Assembly (NCBI RefSeq): GCF_035084215.1
Contig: NC_090340.1
Span: forward strand, 15,128,001 to 15,192,000
Length of the DNA stretch: 64,000 nucleotides
Origin: Heptranchias perlo
Lineage: Eukaryota
Direction of reading: 5' to 3'
Position numbers and translations under genes: made by a program. Positions within the stretch are counted from its first letter, which is position 1; every line of letters starts with the position of its first letter. The notes under the pieces are model-generated. The model had not been told where the DNA came from. It did not search any database and was given only the letters and a program-made list of their open reading frames with translations. Positions 61,990-64,000 of the stretch are shown in pieces.

Positions 61990-64000
61990 GCCTAAAGATA
62001 AAAGGAACAGGAGACGAGCATAAAGGTCAGACCAGGGGAAGGAATAAAAATAACATAAACGGTCAATGAACAAATACGGTTATGAACCAAAAGTATAAAC
62101 GGTTCGTTAAAAATAAAGTAAAAGGAATAACTATTAAAGACGAATTAAACTGGCTGTACAGCAATGCACACAGCGTCCAAAATAGAACGTGGGAACTGAA
62201 GGCAGTAATCCCTAGCGAGGAACCAGATGTAGTAGGAAAAATTTAAACATGGCTTCAGAAAGAACAGGACTGGCAACTAAATGTTGCAGGTTATAATTTA
62301 ATCAGAAAGAATAGGGAAGGAAGAAGGGGGTGGATTAGCTGTACTAATTAGAAATAACACAATGGCATTAATAAAAAAGGGAAATAAGTAACAGACGGAT
62401 AGAAACAGAATCCATATGGAGTGAAATAAAAGATAAGAAGGGATCTATCACGTTATTAGGGTTACACTACAGACCACCTAATAATGGAAAGGAGATGGAG
62501 GAAGAAATATGTAAGCAAATACGTGAAATGAGTAAATGACATAGAATAATAATCAATGGAAATTTTTAACTACACCCAAAGAAACTAGCAAGAAGAGGTA
62601 GGTAAAATGGTACAGGGAATGACGTTTCAACAATGTGTGCAAAATTCCTTTCTTACCCAGTATGTAAAAAGCCCAACAAGAGTGGAAGCACTGCTGGGTC
62701 TATTAATCGGAAATGAACCAGAACAGATCAGGGACGTAAGCGTAGGGAAATATCTAGGTCACGGCAAGCACAGCATAATAAGATTTAAGATAAAGTTTGA
62801 GAAGCCAGTAAGTAAGACAAAGACCAAACTAATATATTGGAAAAAAAGCTGATTTTAAGGGGATGAGAATGGAACTAGGGAAAAAAAGCTGAAAAAATTA
62901 CTGACAAAGAAATAAATAAAAGAACAGTTGGTAACATTTAAAACGATGATCAATTGGAGAAATATATCCCACTAAAAGGAAAGAACAAACTAGCCAGTAA
63001 TGACACACCATGGATGACTAAAGAAATAAGGGCAACACTGAAACTAAAGAAAAAGGCAGACATGAAGTGCATAGAAAATAAATGAGAGGATGACAAAAGG
63101 GAATATGAAAGGATTAGGAAAGAAGTCAAGAAAACAATTAGGATTTCAAAGAGAAACTATGGAATTAAATCATCAAAGAATATAAAAGGAAATAGTAAAG
63201 TATTCTGCAGACACATAAATAACAAAAGGAAAATCAAGATAGGGATGGGGCCACTAAGGGATACACATGATAAACTCACAGGTAATGACTGCAAAATGGC
63301 AGAAATATGAAATGATTACTTTGCCTTAGTATTTACCAGAGAGACAAACATGGTGGGCGTTCGAAGAAGAGATCAAGACAGATATAAAGACATTTAAGAT
63401 AGAAAGGGGAAGGTAATTGATAAACTAATCAAACTGAGAGAGGATAAAACCTCATGTCTTGATGGATTGCATCCATACACATTAAAAGAAGTTAAGGAAG
63501 AGATATCGGAGGCAATATTACATAAAAATAAAAAATCATTAAAAAGGGAATAGGGCCAGAGGACTGGTGTCATGCTGATGTCATTCCGATATTTAAAAAG
63601 GGAGATAGTACAAGTCCAGGGAACTACAGGCCAATTAGCTTAACGTCGGTGGTAGGAATGATAATGTAATCCTTATTCAAAGATGTAATTAAAAAAACAT
63701 CCAGAACCTAAAAATATAATAAAGAATAGTCAGCATGGACTTCAAAAGGAAATGTCATGCTTACCCAACCTTATTAAATTATTTGAAGAATTATCAGAAA
63801 GAGTAGACAAGGGTAATGTAGTTGATGTAATGTATTTCTATTTTCAAAAGGCCTTCGATTGGGTACTGCATAATAGACCCAAGACTTAGGTCAGAGCTTT
63901 TGAAGTCATGGGACAAGCAGCCAAATGGATAGCAAACTGGCTACAAATCAGAAAACAAAGAGTAGGGGTTAAAGGTAGTTTACTCAGATTGGCAAAAGTG
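61990..64000 (+). mobile_element. CR1 LINE (AT-rich subfamily), running off the window
   Basis: YSNAHSVQN, HYRPPNNGKE, QYVKSPTR and GNYRPISLTSVVG. Same subfamily as 20590-25100 and 32495-36250. Confidence 0.88.

Overview
Eukaryotic, repeat-dense DNA that looks like a cartilaginous-fish (shark) genome. Most of the window is transposable elements: CR1 LINEs with (TTCTATGA)n-type tails, a second LINE family, L2, L1, a Penelope-like element, PIF/Harbinger remnants and SINEs. Most ORFs in the supplied track are fragments of these elements or antisense noise. Scattered among the repeats, and mostly invisible in the ORF track because it is spliced, is a cluster of non-rearranging immunoglobulin-superfamily receptor genes with the layout leader / V domain with germline-joined J-like strand / C1-set domain / TM / cytoplasmic tail. 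(A) The 3' end of a plus-strand gene (132-1179) has a five-tyrosine ITIM/ITSM tail and is inhibitory-type. (B) An apparently intact minus-strand gene (45698 down to ~38038, ~276 aa) has an N-terminal TM arginine in an NKp46/LILRA-like pattern and a short tail without ITIMs, so it is activating-type. (C) A complete 7-exon minus-strand pseudogene (55151-49959) has an ectodomain homologous to B and a tail homologous to A. Two or three further orphan remnants lie at 18640-18825, 46494-46682 and possibly 5088-5300. Together these suggest a paired activating/inhibitory VJ-C1 receptor family evolving by birth and death. Exon boundaries were read by hand from GT-AG sites and phase. No expression data or database search was available.
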